A stretch of 64,000 bases of DNA from Anaerolineales bacterium (GTDB lineage Bacteria > Chloroflexota > Anaerolineae > Anaerolineales > Anaerolineaceae): NCBI GenBank assembly GCA_038206515.1, contig JBBRAT010000001.1, forward strand, positions 40,089 to 104,088, written 5' to 3'. Positions 44,169 through 53,505 of this stretch are shown here, one piece after another. The notes beneath the pieces are model-generated. The model had not been told where the DNA came from, searched no databases, and saw only the letters and a list, made by a program, of their open reading frames with translations. A program made the position numbers and the translations under genes. Each line of letters opens with the position of its first letter. Position 1 is the stretch's first letter.

Positions 44169-46121
44169 ATGCAAGCGGGAGATATTTCTGAGGAAATCAG
44201 CAAGTTAATTGACCAAAGCCGCGCTCTTGAAGCAGTTGGGGAGGTTGGCGGCGCATTTCAACATGCTAATCAGGCAGTTCAGCTGGCGCGCAGTGTGGCA
44301 GATGGTTTTGCTGACCAGGCTGCCGCGCTGTTGGGGCTGGCGTTTATTCATTTTCGCTTAGGACATGACGCTGAGGTAATCACGCTTGCCAGGCAGGCGT
44401 TGGAACTCGCCCCGCCGGATAGCCGCTGGAAGGTGGACGCGCTGATGATGTTGGGCGCAGCAGGAGAGGGGGAAGATTATATGCTCCAGCGCAAGCAGCG
44501 TTATTTGCAGGTGATTGATCTTGCTCGTCAGATTGGTTATCACCGCGCCCTGGTGCGTGGACTGCATAACCTGGCTGCTGGGGTGTATATGCCCTGGGGC
44601 CAGTTTGAATTGGCTCTGTCCGCTGACCGAGAGGCGGCGAAGTTGGCGCAAACCTACCAGATGGATGATCTTACCTGGGGACCACTGCATACGATGGGCT
44701 GGATTCTCTGGTTGACTCATCACCCAGACGAAGCGCGCGCGGTGGTGGATCAGCTCGCGGACTGTTCTCAACCCGATTCGATGGGGGATGCTTACGTTTC
44801 GTTGATCCGCGCCAATTTGCTTACAGATGATGAGAATTTTCAGGAGGCGCGCTGCGCGTATGAGCGTTCACGCGGCATTGGGGAAAAGAATGGCTCGCCA
44901 GAAGTGGGTATTTTTGTTCGCCTGGGATTGAGCAAGGTGGAGCGTTCCCTGGGGAATGGCGCTGCTGCACGCGCCTGGGCGGAAGATGCCCTTGAATTAA
45001 CCCGCCGGGTGCAATACCCGCATCAAGAAGGCAACGCGCTGATCGCGTGCGGGCGGGCTGCCTGGTGCGCAGGCGACCTTGCTGCTGCCGAGACTTATTT
45101 GCAAGAGGCAATCGCCTTGCTGAAGCCCTTGCGGGCAGCTTTCGAGGTGACGCGCGCTAGCTTATGTCTGGCTGCCTTGTGGCATGAGGTCGCTCATCCA
45201 CAGGCGATGACCGTCTGGATAAAAAGTGTGTCGCTCATTCTGGAAAATGGGTATGATTTCTTGCTCCAACAGGAACGTTCCCTTATTTTGCCTCTGATTG
45301 CCAGCGGGTTGGATGCGCCTGATGCAGATATACGCAAAATGAGCAGAGACCTGGCGGAACGGTTGCAATGCGCCCCCGCAGAAGCCCTGCGCGTGCAAAT
45401 GTTGGGTCAGTTTTCTGTGCAAATTGGCGTACTTCAGGTAACGAAAGAATCTTTGCGTCAACGCCGCGCGGGCGAGGTTTTGGCGCTGTTGTTGACCAGC
45501 CCTGGCTATGGGCTGACCTACCAGCAAGTGACGGAAGCTATCTGCCCTGAAAAAGACCCGGATGCTGCCCTGCATTTTTATCATCACGCCATTTCTGCGC
45601 TGCGCCATCTGCTTGAGCCTGATTTGTCAGATCGCCGTTTTGCTTGCCGCTACCTGGATGTGGACGAGGAACGGGTGAACCTTCGTTTGCCGCCTGCCTC
45701 CAGCGTGGATTTTGTGGAGTTTGAGTCTGCATGCAAGGCAAAGGATTGGCAAAAAGCCATCAGTCAATACGGCGGTGAATTTTTACCCAACCTCCCTTAT
45801 GCGGAGTGGACTCTTCCCATCCGCCAACACTTAGCGGATGAGTACGAAAGCGCTTTGCTTGCCCTGGCAGAGGAAAGATGGCAAAACGCAGAATCCGCCG
45901 AGTGCTTGTCCCTGTGTCGCAAGGCGCTGCTGCATAACCCCTGGCAAGAAAGGGCGGCGCTGATGGGCATGCGCGCCGCCGTTGCTCTGGATGATCGCAT
46001 CGCTGCTCTGCAATTGTATCAACGGCTGGAAAAAGTCCTGTTGAAAGAATTGGGCATTGCTCCACAAAAAGAACTTCAGCAGTTATACGCAACCCTAAAA
46101 AAAGGTACACCCAAAGCATAA
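44169..46121 (+). CDS. Transcriptional regulator with N-terminal TPR repeats and a C-terminal SARP-type winged helix plus BTAD domain.
   Basis: TPR-like helical repeats throughout the N-terminus. RVQMLGQFSVQI...RRAGEVLALLL wHTH. BTAD-like C-terminus (LCRKALLHNPWQERAALMGMRAAVALDDR...LQLYQRLEKVLLKELGIAP). Confidence 0.7.
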   Translation: MQAGDISEEISKLIDQSRALEAVGEVGGAFQHANQAVQLARSVADGFADQAAALLGLAFIHFRLGHDAEVITLARQALELAPPDSRWKVDALMMLGAAGEGEDYMLQRKQRYLQVIDLARQIGYHRALVRGLHNLAAGVYMPWGQFELALSADREAAKLAQTYQMDDLTWGPLHTMGWILWLTHHPDEARAVVDQLADCSQPDSMGDAYVSLIRANLLTDDENFQEARCAYERSRGIGEKNGSPEVGIFVRLGLSKVERSLGNGAAARAWAEDALELTRRVQYPHQEGNALIACGRAAWCAGDLAAAETYLQEAIALLKPLRAAFEVTRASLCLAALWHEVAHPQAMTVWIKSVSLILENGYDFLLQQERSLILPLIASGLDAPDADIRKMSRDLAERLQCAPAEALRVQMLGQFSVQIGVLQVTKESLRQRRAGEVLALLLTSPGYGLTYQQVTEAICPEKDPDAALHFYHHAISALRHLLEPDLSDRRFACRYLDVDEERVNLRLPPASSVDFVEFESACKAKDWQKAISQYGGEFLPNLPYAEWTLPIRQHLADEYESALLALAEERWQNAESAECLSLCRKALLHNPWQERAALMGMRAAVALDDRIAALQLYQRLEKVLLKELGIAPQKELQQLYATLKKGTPKA

Positions 46122-46151
46122 CTTGCCTACTTTCTCAATCTCTTCATTTTG

Positions 46152-46230
46152 ATTCTGTGTGGATTGTAGTGGTTAAGAGAGGCGATCTTCCCTTCTTAAC
46201 CACTACAATCCACACAGAATCCTCTTTATT
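46152..46230 (+). terminator. Rho-independent terminator: perfect 26-bp stem (attctgtgtggattgtagtggttaag) with a 17-nt loop and a following T-rich tract.
   Basis: Exact inverted repeat immediately after the regulator stop. Shares the 9-mer ttgtagtgg/ccactacaa with elements A and B. Confidence 0.6.
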
Positions 46231-46283
46231 TTGGCAAAGGTTTGGCAATGGTATTTGTTATGGTAATTGCAGCGGAGAAGACA

Positions 46284-46502
46284 ATGCGATTTACCAAAAC
46301 ATTTCTTTTGCATCTCTACATGGATTCAGACGCACCGGAAAGGATATGCGGTGATTTGCGTCCGCTGGAGGATTCGGAGCGTTATTCATTTAAGGACTTT
46401 AAAGAATTACAGGAGTTGATACGTGATTTTGTTAAGAAAGCCCTTTTGTCATCCTGTGCGGCAGTAGAAATTTCTACAGATACAGAGATTAAGCATTCTT
46501 AA
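46284..46502 (+). CDS. Small hypothetical protein (72 aa).
   Basis: ATG preceded by GGAGAAG. Ends 13 nt before the RBS of the RCC1 gene. No domain recognised. Confidence 0.3.
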   Translation: MRFTKTFLLHLYMDSDAPERICGDLRPLEDSERYSFKDFKELQELIRDFVKKALLSSCAAVEISTDTEIKHS

Positions 46503-46515
46503 AGAGGAGGAGAGA

Positions 46516-48117
46516 TTGAATACCAAATGGATTTCGTATTTGACTTTGTTCTTTTTGCTTATCGTGGTTGTCCCTCATGTAGAAGCAAAGCAAGATGAGA
46601 AATTGCCTCAACTGCAAATGAGCGAATTTGTAACGAACATTAGCCCGCATGATTTTTCTGCCTGCGGGTTGACGAATTTAGGAAATGTGTATTGTTGGGG
46701 AATGGATTTTAATTATGTTGACCACAACACGCCGTATTTTGTTTCTGGGTTAGGCGTTTCTACCCAAATTGCCGTGGGAACTGGGTACGCCTGCGCATTG
46801 GGCGCGGATGGCAAAGTACGTTGCTGGGGAAATAACAATGACGCGCAGCTAGGGCGTGATCCTTCCCAAACTTTGCGTTCGGATACGCCATTAGAGGTGC
46901 CGGGTATTTCTCAGGTGAAGGCGATTGCGGTGGGGAATAATCACAGTTGCGCGGTAAAAATAGATGGTTCTTTGTATTGTTGGGGAAATAACCAGTATGG
47001 GAAAGTAGGTACGGGAAATACCCATCTGCAAATTGCACCTTATAAGGTCACTTTCCCTGAAGCGGTAAAAGATGTGGTTGCCAGTAAATATAATACTTGC
47101 GCCCTGTCAGATGTTATCGGAAGGGTTTACTGCTGGGGAAATAATGCAGTTGGGCAAGTAGGCATTGGTTTTAGCTCTCAGGAAGCATCGTTGCTGCCCC
47201 AAGGCGTAAGCATCGCTGGCATTAAAAAGTTAGTGATGGATGAAGCCCATGTATGCGCTATTACCATCGCGAACGGGGTGTTATGCTGGGGCGGAAATTA
47301 TGCCGGGGAGCTTGGGCATGACCCTAAGTTGGATGAATTCCCTGACCCCGGTTCCCCAAGTAAGCAAGATAATATCATTCCAATTCCGGTAGATATTGGC
47401 GCAGGGTTGGTGTTGGATGTCTCTACGGGGCATCAATTTACGTGTTACGTTATGCTGGGGGGTGGGGTACGCTGCCTGGGTAATAATAATGGCTCGTTAG
47501 GCACTTTGGGGAACGGGGGATACCTGATTTACACCTACCAACCGGTGCGTGTTTACAATATTCGTGGCGGCATGGCAAAACTGGTCTCTAGTGAAGGCAA
47601 TACGTATGCGATTACGAGCAGCGGCAGTATTTATTGTTGGGGGAGCTGCTATCGGGGGGATGGTTCTGTGCGCAGCGACCATACCACCCCTATCCACTTT
47701 ACGGGGATGCTCGGGGTTCCTTCTTTAGGCTCGAATTACCTCGATGGGCAGGATGGCAGCATCTTTTCAATTTCTGGGCAGGGCTTTGGGGATAACCTGG
47801 ATGTGGGATTGACAGCCAATAGTAATGTATTATCGCCAGATATGAAGATCAAAACGTCCAGCGAAGGACAGTTTACTTTTGATCTTAATCTTTTTGGCAC
47901 TTCTGGCTTGGCACATCATATGACAGCGCATAAAGATGGGAGTTATCGAATTATGATGACGGTTGGAGGACAATCTGCCAGCGTAATCTTGAAAGTTTCA
48001 GCTCTTGCCCCTAAACGGGCATTGGAAGAGCCAGCGTCATCCGTTATGCTCATCCTTCCAACATTTGTAAACCCGCTCTCTGATATTTCTGTCTTCTTAC
48101 CCTTTGCTTATAAATAA
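46516..48117 (+). CDS. Secreted RCC1-like repeat (beta-propeller) protein. TTG start, RBS AAGAGGAGG.
   Basis: Signal peptide. At least six repeats of the (V/L)YCWGNN..GQ(L/V)G type (RCC1/BLIP-II signature). Confidence 0.85.
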   Translation: MNTKWISYLTLFFLLIVVVPHVEAKQDEKLPQLQMSEFVTNISPHDFSACGLTNLGNVYCWGMDFNYVDHNTPYFVSGLGVSTQIAVGTGYACALGADGKVRCWGNNNDAQLGRDPSQTLRSDTPLEVPGISQVKAIAVGNNHSCAVKIDGSLYCWGNNQYGKVGTGNTHLQIAPYKVTFPEAVKDVVASKYNTCALSDVIGRVYCWGNNAVGQVGIGFSSQEASLLPQGVSIAGIKKLVMDEAHVCAITIANGVLCWGGNYAGELGHDPKLDEFPDPGSPSKQDNIIPIPVDIGAGLVLDVSTGHQFTCYVMLGGGVRCLGNNNGSLGTLGNGGYLIYTYQPVRVYNIRGGMAKLVSSEGNTYAITSSGSIYCWGSCYRGDGSVRSDHTTPIHFTGMLGVPSLGSNYLDGQDGSIFSISGQGFGDNLDVGLTANSNVLSPDMKIKTSSEGQFTFDLNLFGTSGLAHHMTAHKDGSYRIMMTVGGQSASVILKVSALAPKRALEEPASSVMLILPTFVNPLSDISVFLPFAYK

Positions 48118-48244
48118 AGGTTCACTGCGAATTGGCGTGGAAATTCGCAGTGAACCTAAATAAGTGGGCATAATGTTTTGAAAATTGTGTCGCTGTTAAG
48201 CGGTTTGGTGTTATGAAGACGAGAATGGGTAGTGAATCGCTTTT

Positions 48245-49219
48245 TCAGGAAGCGATTTGTCGTTGCTCTAATTCCTGATTGCGTTGCTGAATGCGGCGAT
48301 AATCGAGCGCGTTTCCGAGCGCCTGTGACACCTGAGAGCAAAAGTTGGTCGCCAGGGCGACCTCTTCTCGATTAAAACTTGCTCCTGAAAGGCGCGCCAG
48401 AGTAAACATGCCCATTAAGCGATCCGATTTGATTAATGGCAAGCCAAGCCACGAGCTAGGTTGCAATGTGCTGCGTTTCAGGATGCGCGGGGCATGCATG
48501 GCGTTGACCATCACCAGTGGCTGACGGGTAAGCCGAATTTCTTCGTAGGCATCGTGATCGTGCGCTTCGACGGTTTGGTCTTGCGTACCGCGAATTGGAC
48601 CATAGGCTGCTGCTATTTTCAGTTGCTCGTCTTCTTCCAGCAAAATCATTGCCTGGTCATTTGGAATTAATTCTACGGATAACTTAAAGATTTGATTGAC
48701 CAGCTCATTCCATTCTAAAACCCCAAAAAGCGTTCTTTCGGCTTTCACTTGATGTTGGATCACCTGGTTTGCCTGGGTTAACAACCTGGATTGTGCCAGC
48801 AACAAGGAATGCAGAACAATAATATGCATCTGATTATCTTCATCCATCACCAACACAGGTTCATAAATTTCTGAAGCAGGGCGAAACAAACATAAGCGAA
48901 CCGCCTGATCAATGGGCGTTCGCGCGGCGAGAGGCGTTTGAGCGCCTTCGATTTTCTCCAACAGCACTTGAACAGAGCGGCGTAGAAAGACTTCTACCCC
49001 AAAGGGGCGACCTAATTGCTCAAAACAACGCTGCCGTGAAACCATGCCCGCATAGCGATTACCCACCAGAACAATGACCCCCGGATAATCTGGGTGGTCA
49101 TTTAACACTTTGACCACTTTGGCTACAGTTGCGGCGGATTGAACGCTAAATGAACAACAGGGTAAGTGTCCAATTTCATCGGGTAGAATTTCAAGCGGGG
49201 AGCCAGCATAAATACTCAT
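48245..49219 (-). CDS. GAF-domain regulatory protein.
   Basis: C-terminal GAF-like region (...SWLGLPLIKSDRLMGMFTLARLSG...). N-terminal domain unassigned. Confidence 0.55.
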   Translation of the reverse strand: MSIYAGSPLEILPDEIGHLPCCSFSVQSAATVAKVVKVLNDHPDYPGVIVLVGNRYAGMVSRQRCFEQLGRPFGVEVFLRRSVQVLLEKIEGAQTPLAARTPIDQAVRLCLFRPASEIYEPVLVMDEDNQMHIIVLHSLLLAQSRLLTQANQVIQHQVKAERTLFGVLEWNELVNQIFKLSVELIPNDQAMILLEEDEQLKIAAAYGPIRGTQDQTVEAHDHDAYEEIRLTRQPLVMVNAMHAPRILKRSTLQPSSWLGLPLIKSDRLMGMFTLARLSGASFNREEVALATNFCSQVSQALGNALDYRRIQQRNQELEQRQIAS

Positions 49220-49558
49220 AGATCACAGCACCTTTAAGTGAGCTAGTCACAACAATTTGAATATACCTTGCCGATGTTAAAGCAAGTCGAAAGATAGGTT
49301 GATAATTTGTTAGCTTTGGCTAGTTTATAAAGAAAGGATTTGGGAATAAACTGGTGATATTCGTTAGAAATAATATACAAGGCGCAATAACTTTTTAGGG
49401 AAGGCAAAATTGCAATGAAATTGCAATGAAAATGGGCTTGTAATTTTCTTTCAGCTCGCCTATAATGATGTCGGTTTACAACGAACAACACTTATCTGTA
49501 GTAACATTACATCGAGCTTATAGGCTGTATTAACGGTTGGTATCATTCTTATCGGTAG

Positions 49559-49591
49559 TTATTGGTAAACTTATTGGTTAACTTTATTGGT
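49559..49591. promoter_or_regulatory. Three TTATTGGT repeats spaced 12-13 nt apart (helical phasing) in a 510-nt AT-rich divergent intergenic region. Candidate regulator-binding array.
   Basis: ttattggtaaac ttattggttaact ttattggt read directly. An additional tandem 11-mer attgcaatgaa x2 lies at 49408-49429. Confidence 0.35.
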
Positions 49592-49731
49592 TGTAAACCA
49601 ACACCCGGAGGGTTTTGTCTAGTACAATTACCGGTAGAAAAAGACCCTCTGGGTGTGTCGTTTTAATAGCATTCAGGGTTTTTGGCGTCTCTTGTTCTTA
49701 ATTGTAGGTTTGAAGCGTATAGAAAGTCCGT

Positions 49732-50604
49732 ATGACTGAGCCAGCTGTCTCCTTATCTGATGTCCTCTCGCGGATGCGCGCTGCGTATCCTTCTCTCTCT
49801 CCCTCTGAACGCAAGGTCGTGGATTACGTTCTGCAAAATTTTGAGGAAGTGATCCGCATGACGTTGGCTGAACTCGCGCAGCACAGCGGGGTCAGTGATG
49901 CTACGGTAGTGCGCGTTTGCCGTTCCTTAGATTTTAACAATTTCTTTGAGTTGAAAATTTCCCTGACGCGCTCGGTCAGTGATGATGCCCCGCGCTTGAT
50001 TCATGATGACGTGCGCGAAGGCGATTCCTCGGGGGTGGTAGCGCGCAAGGTGTTGCGTACTGCCATTCAGGCGGTGCAAGATACCCTGCAAATGATCGAT
50101 GACGAAGCCTTCGCCAAGGCGGTTGAGATGCTTTACAATGCGGATCGCATCTTGATCGTGGGGGTTGGCACGTCCGGCCCGCTGGCGCACGAATTATTTA
50201 ACCGCCTGATCCGCATGCGGATGAACTGCCACGTCCACACCGATATTTATCTGCAAATTGTGGATGCCGCTCTGATGACTTCGAAGGATGTGGTGGTGGC
50301 GATTTCACAAAATGGCAGCTCGATTGGTCCGGTTCGGACGGCAACCGAGGCGCGCCGCAAAGGGGCAAAGGTTGTTTCGATCACTGGTAACCCAGAATCT
50401 GAATTAACTGCGGCTTCTGATGTGGTTCTGCTGACCGTTTCGCACGAAACCCGCCTTGAATCGATTGATTCGCGGGTTGCCCAACATGCGCTCATTCAGG
50501 CGTTATACGTCGCCCTTGCCATGCGGATGATTAGCACTGCCAACGAGAGCGAGCGGCTTATTTGGGAAGCCCTGCTGCGTACGCCTACCAGCGCTACGCT
50601 GTAA
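49732..50604 (+). CDS. RpiR/MurR-family transcriptional regulator (HTH_6 + SIS domain).
   Basis: N-terminal HTH (TLAELAQHSGVSDATVVRVCRSL). SIS domain (ILIVGVGTSG...). Confidence 0.85.
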   Translation: MTEPAVSLSDVLSRMRAAYPSLSPSERKVVDYVLQNFEEVIRMTLAELAQHSGVSDATVVRVCRSLDFNNFFELKISLTRSVSDDAPRLIHDDVREGDSSGVVARKVLRTAIQAVQDTLQMIDDEAFAKAVEMLYNADRILIVGVGTSGPLAHELFNRLIRMRMNCHVHTDIYLQIVDAALMTSKDVVVAISQNGSSIGPVRTATEARRKGAKVVSITGNPESELTAASDVVLLTVSHETRLESIDSRVAQHALIQALYVALAMRMISTANESERLIWEALLRTPTSATL

Positions 50605-50709
50605 AAGGTATTGCGTAAAATACGCAACGATTCAGACGACCCCACCCCTAGCCTTTCCCCGCAAGCAGGGAGGGGAAGAAAACCGTTTCCCCCAGTAACA
50701 TTCTTTGAT

Positions 50710-51216
50710 TTATCGACGGGTTAGCGCCAGAATGATCTCTTTTGCAATTGGGTATTGGGCGAATAACGCTTCGCGCTGCCCGGCTTCATAATCCCCGGCG
50801 GTAAACCCAGGCGACATGGTTGTGCCAACCAGTGCATATTCTCCGTCCGGCTCTACCCTTGACCCCTGCCACACACCGGCGGGTACAACAAACTGTGGAA
50901 CTTCCCCTGCGAGCAAATTTGCGCCCAAGATCACCGTTTGTACCTGCCCATCCGGGTGGAGCAAGGTCAGTTCGAGCGGATCCCCTAGATAAAAGTGATA
51001 AATTTCATCGGTTGGCAGACGATGCAGCGCGGAAAATGAATCTGCTGCATGGGTCAGCAGATAGAGGATGGCGGTCGCCAGGGGTTTGTTGCCCTCATCC
51101 GTGCGCCATGTTTGGGGGGAGCAGTAACTCTGCACGAACAGCCCGCCTTCTTCAGGCAACGGCTGCAAGTGGAAACGCGCTATGATCTGTTCAATGGTTG
51201 GGCGCGGAAGGGGCAT
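50710..51216 (-). CDS. Cupin-superfamily protein (DUF985-like).
   Basis: MPLPRPTIEQIIARFHLQPLPEEGG... is a typical DUF985 cupin N-terminus. Translationally coupled to the upstream gene. Confidence 0.65.
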   Translation of the reverse strand: MPLPRPTIEQIIARFHLQPLPEEGGLFVQSYCSPQTWRTDEGNKPLATAILYLLTHAADSFSALHRLPTDEIYHFYLGDPLELTLLHPDGQVQTVILGANLLAGEVPQFVVPAGVWQGSRVEPDGEYALVGTTMSPGFTAGDYEAGQREALFAQYPIAKEIILALTRR

Positions 51217-52060
51217 ATCCCTCTCTCATCTGATCAGCATATTCGAGCGCATAGCGCAGGAATTCCAGGGTTATCGCAAAATCCGCCGGATCCGCTTTTT
51301 GCCGCGCCTTTGAGGTGGGGTCAGGGCGTTGCTGCCAGGCGTGTTCAATCAAATCGCGCCAGCGTTCATCCAGCGTGGTTTGCGCCCACCGCGCCCCAGC
51401 TAGTTTCGAAACCACAGCACCGGATTGTAATGTTTTCAACATTCTGCAAAAACTCAGCACGGCGTAAGGTTGATACCAGCCGTTATCCAATTCTGGCGGA
51501 TCGCGAAAAACTTCATCTGCCCACCATTTCATCCTCGCCAAAACTTCGCGGCGCAAATTAACCGTAGGGACGGGGTCAATAAGCAGGTGTGGGTCTATCC
51601 CTGCCAGGGTAATGCCTCGTTCCCGTAAAATCCAACGCAGCACCAGGGTATTATCATGCGGGGAGCGGATCAGCTCGCGGCTGGTGTTATCCAGATACCA
51701 AAGTTCGTGATGAGCAACATCCTCTTTTGCTAGATATTCCTTGGGGAAGTACGACCCATCCAGATGTTTTGCCCAATGGGTGGGCTGGTCATAAAGCTGC
51801 CCGTGCAAGACCTGCAACGCGGATATTTCTGCCTCGCTGAGGTCTCCCTCCATCACTACCAGAAAGTCAACATCGCTATCTTCATCCCAATCGCCAATGG
51901 CAAAGGAGCCTTGCAAATATGCGCCCACGAAGTGACCGCCCAAAATACGCTGCGCATTGCGAACCAGGTCATGCAAAAGGGCGTTCAATTCAGCGTCTGG
52001 CGTAGGCGAGAAGTCGGGGTTTAAGTTCAAAGATTGCTCCTTATCGAATGTGCCTGTCAC
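51191..52060 (-). CDS. Nucleotidyltransferase-domain protein of the AadA/ANT(3'')-like family (NTase + DUF4111-like C-terminus).
   Basis: GSFAIGDWDEDSDVDFLVV (GS...D.D minimal-nucleotidyltransferase motif). C-terminal helical domain. Confidence 0.65.
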   Translation of the reverse strand: MTGTFDKEQSLNLNPDFSPTPDAELNALLHDLVRNAQRILGGHFVGAYLQGSFAIGDWDEDSDVDFLVVMEGDLSEAEISALQVLHGQLYDQPTHWAKHLDGSYFPKEYLAKEDVAHHELWYLDNTSRELIRSPHDNTLVLRWILRERGITLAGIDPHLLIDPVPTVNLRREVLARMKWWADEVFRDPPELDNGWYQPYAVLSFCRMLKTLQSGAVVSKLAGARWAQTTLDERWRDLIEHAWQQRPDPTSKARQKADPADFAITLEFLRYALEYADQMREGYAPSAPNH

Positions 52061-53052
52061 GAATTCGGCAGAATCATCACTTTCTTCACCTGATCGCGTC
52101 CACTACGGATGGACTCGATCCCTTGCTCAAATTCTTCCAAGGGCAAGCGGTGTGAAATCAACTCGCTGACGCGCACCCGCTCGGTGCGTAACAACTCTAC
52201 CGCCTGATAGGAGTTGCGCACAGAGGTGTAGGAAGAGAGCAGGGTTAAGCCTTTGCGGAAAATCTGGAAGGCATCCAGCGGCAGGTCTTTGCCAGCGGGC
52301 GGCACGCCAAACAGCAGAATCTTGCCGCCTGGGCGCGCCAGGCTGACGGTGCGCTGCATGAGGGCGATTGCGCCTGAAGCGTCAATGACTGCGTCATAAC
52401 CATCTTTTTGCAGGTCATTGAGATCCGTCAGGCAAGCATCCGCGCCCATTTCCTTGGCAAATTGCGCGCGGAAGGCGTTTTTATCCACCATCGTGATCTG
52501 ACTTGCGCCATACAGCCGCGCCACCTGCATCAGCAGCAGCCCGATGGGACCCGCGCCCAAAATGGCAATGTGGTCAGCGACTTTCGGCGAGAGGCGTTCC
52601 ATGCCATGCAATACGCACGAGAGCGGCTCCACGAATGCGCCTTGTTCAAAGGGCAGTTCGCCAATATCAAAGACAGCTTTTTCGGGCGCGGTGGTATATT
52701 GTGCCATGCCGCCGGGTCGGGTGACGCCCACCGCCTGCCAGTTCAGACAGAAGTTTTGGCGATTATTCAGGCAGTTAACACAGTTATCACAGGCGATATT
52801 GGGTTCAACTGCCACGCGGCTGCCCACCTTAAAACGGGTGACGTCCGATCCCACGGCTTCCACCACGCCAGAAAACTCGTGACCGGGGATAATGGGATAA
52901 TCGCCTAAATATTCACCTTGAAAAATATGTACATCCGTACCGCAAATGCCGCTTGCCATGACCTTGATTAACACTTCCCCTGCCGCGGGGGTAGGGGTGG
53001 GTGTTTGGATCACTTCCAATACGCCTGCTTTTTGAATCTGAGCTGCTTTCAT
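52057..53052 (-). CDS. Zinc-dependent medium-chain alcohol/polyol dehydrogenase (threonine/sorbitol dehydrogenase-like).
   Basis: GICGTDVH...GHEFSGVV zinc-binding signature. Structural-zinc Cys cluster CDNCVNC. GAGPIGL NAD motif. RBS GAGGG. Confidence 0.9.
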   Translation of the reverse strand: MKAAQIQKAGVLEVIQTPTPTPAAGEVLIKVMASGICGTDVHIFQGEYLGDYPIIPGHEFSGVVEAVGSDVTRFKVGSRVAVEPNIACDNCVNCLNNRQNFCLNWQAVGVTRPGGMAQYTTAPEKAVFDIGELPFEQGAFVEPLSCVLHGMERLSPKVADHIAILGAGPIGLLLMQVARLYGASQITMVDKNAFRAQFAKEMGADACLTDLNDLQKDGYDAVIDASGAIALMQRTVSLARPGGKILLFGVPPAGKDLPLDAFQIFRKGLTLLSSYTSVRNSYQAVELLRTERVRVSELISHRLPLEEFEQGIESIRSGRDQVKKVMILPNS

Positions 53053-53099
53053 CGTCCCTCGTTGTCGTTAAGATTTTTCGTGACCCGTTCGTTCCCCCA

Positions 53100-53366
53100 T
53101 TATTTGTATTGAAACCAGATATTCTCCCGCAGTATAGAATAAGGAAGAGCCTCCTTGCCTTGTTCTTTGATTTTCTCTTCCATATAATCCCGCAGTCGCC
53201 ATACTCTTTCTCCCCCGGCTTTGGATCCAACGTTCAGAATTTCTTCCAACTGCTGAGGGTTGAACCCTAAGGCAGTCTGAATATCTTCTGGGGTTAATCC
53301 AGAAATCTGGTAATTTATCTTTAATTCCTTGCTTGTTTGCTTTCGTTGCGCAGTATTTAAACTCAT
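53100..53366 (-). CDS. Small hypothetical protein (88 aa), first gene of the ADH/NTase/cupin operon.
   Basis: ORF with a conserved-looking helical sequence. No confident family. Confidence 0.45.
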   Translation of the reverse strand: MSLNTAQRKQTSKELKINYQISGLTPEDIQTALGFNPQQLEEILNVGSKAGGERVWRLRDYMEEKIKEQGKEALPYSILRENIWFQYK

Positions 53367-53505
53367 ATTTTCACCTTGGAATGTATTTCTTGCCTGAGAT
53401 GAAGTTCTCAGGGCATTGGCGCGATGTTCGTGAAGTGAGGATCATCGCTCTTCACTTCACGAACATCTTATAGATTCCCAAAATTGCAGGGAATGGCGTA
53501 AATCC

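Noticed and set aside
49405-49435. Possible CRISPR-like or tandem repeat (attgcaatgaa x2)
   Set aside because: Only two adjacent copies with no spacers. Not a CRISPR array. Reported only as a regulatory-region repeat.
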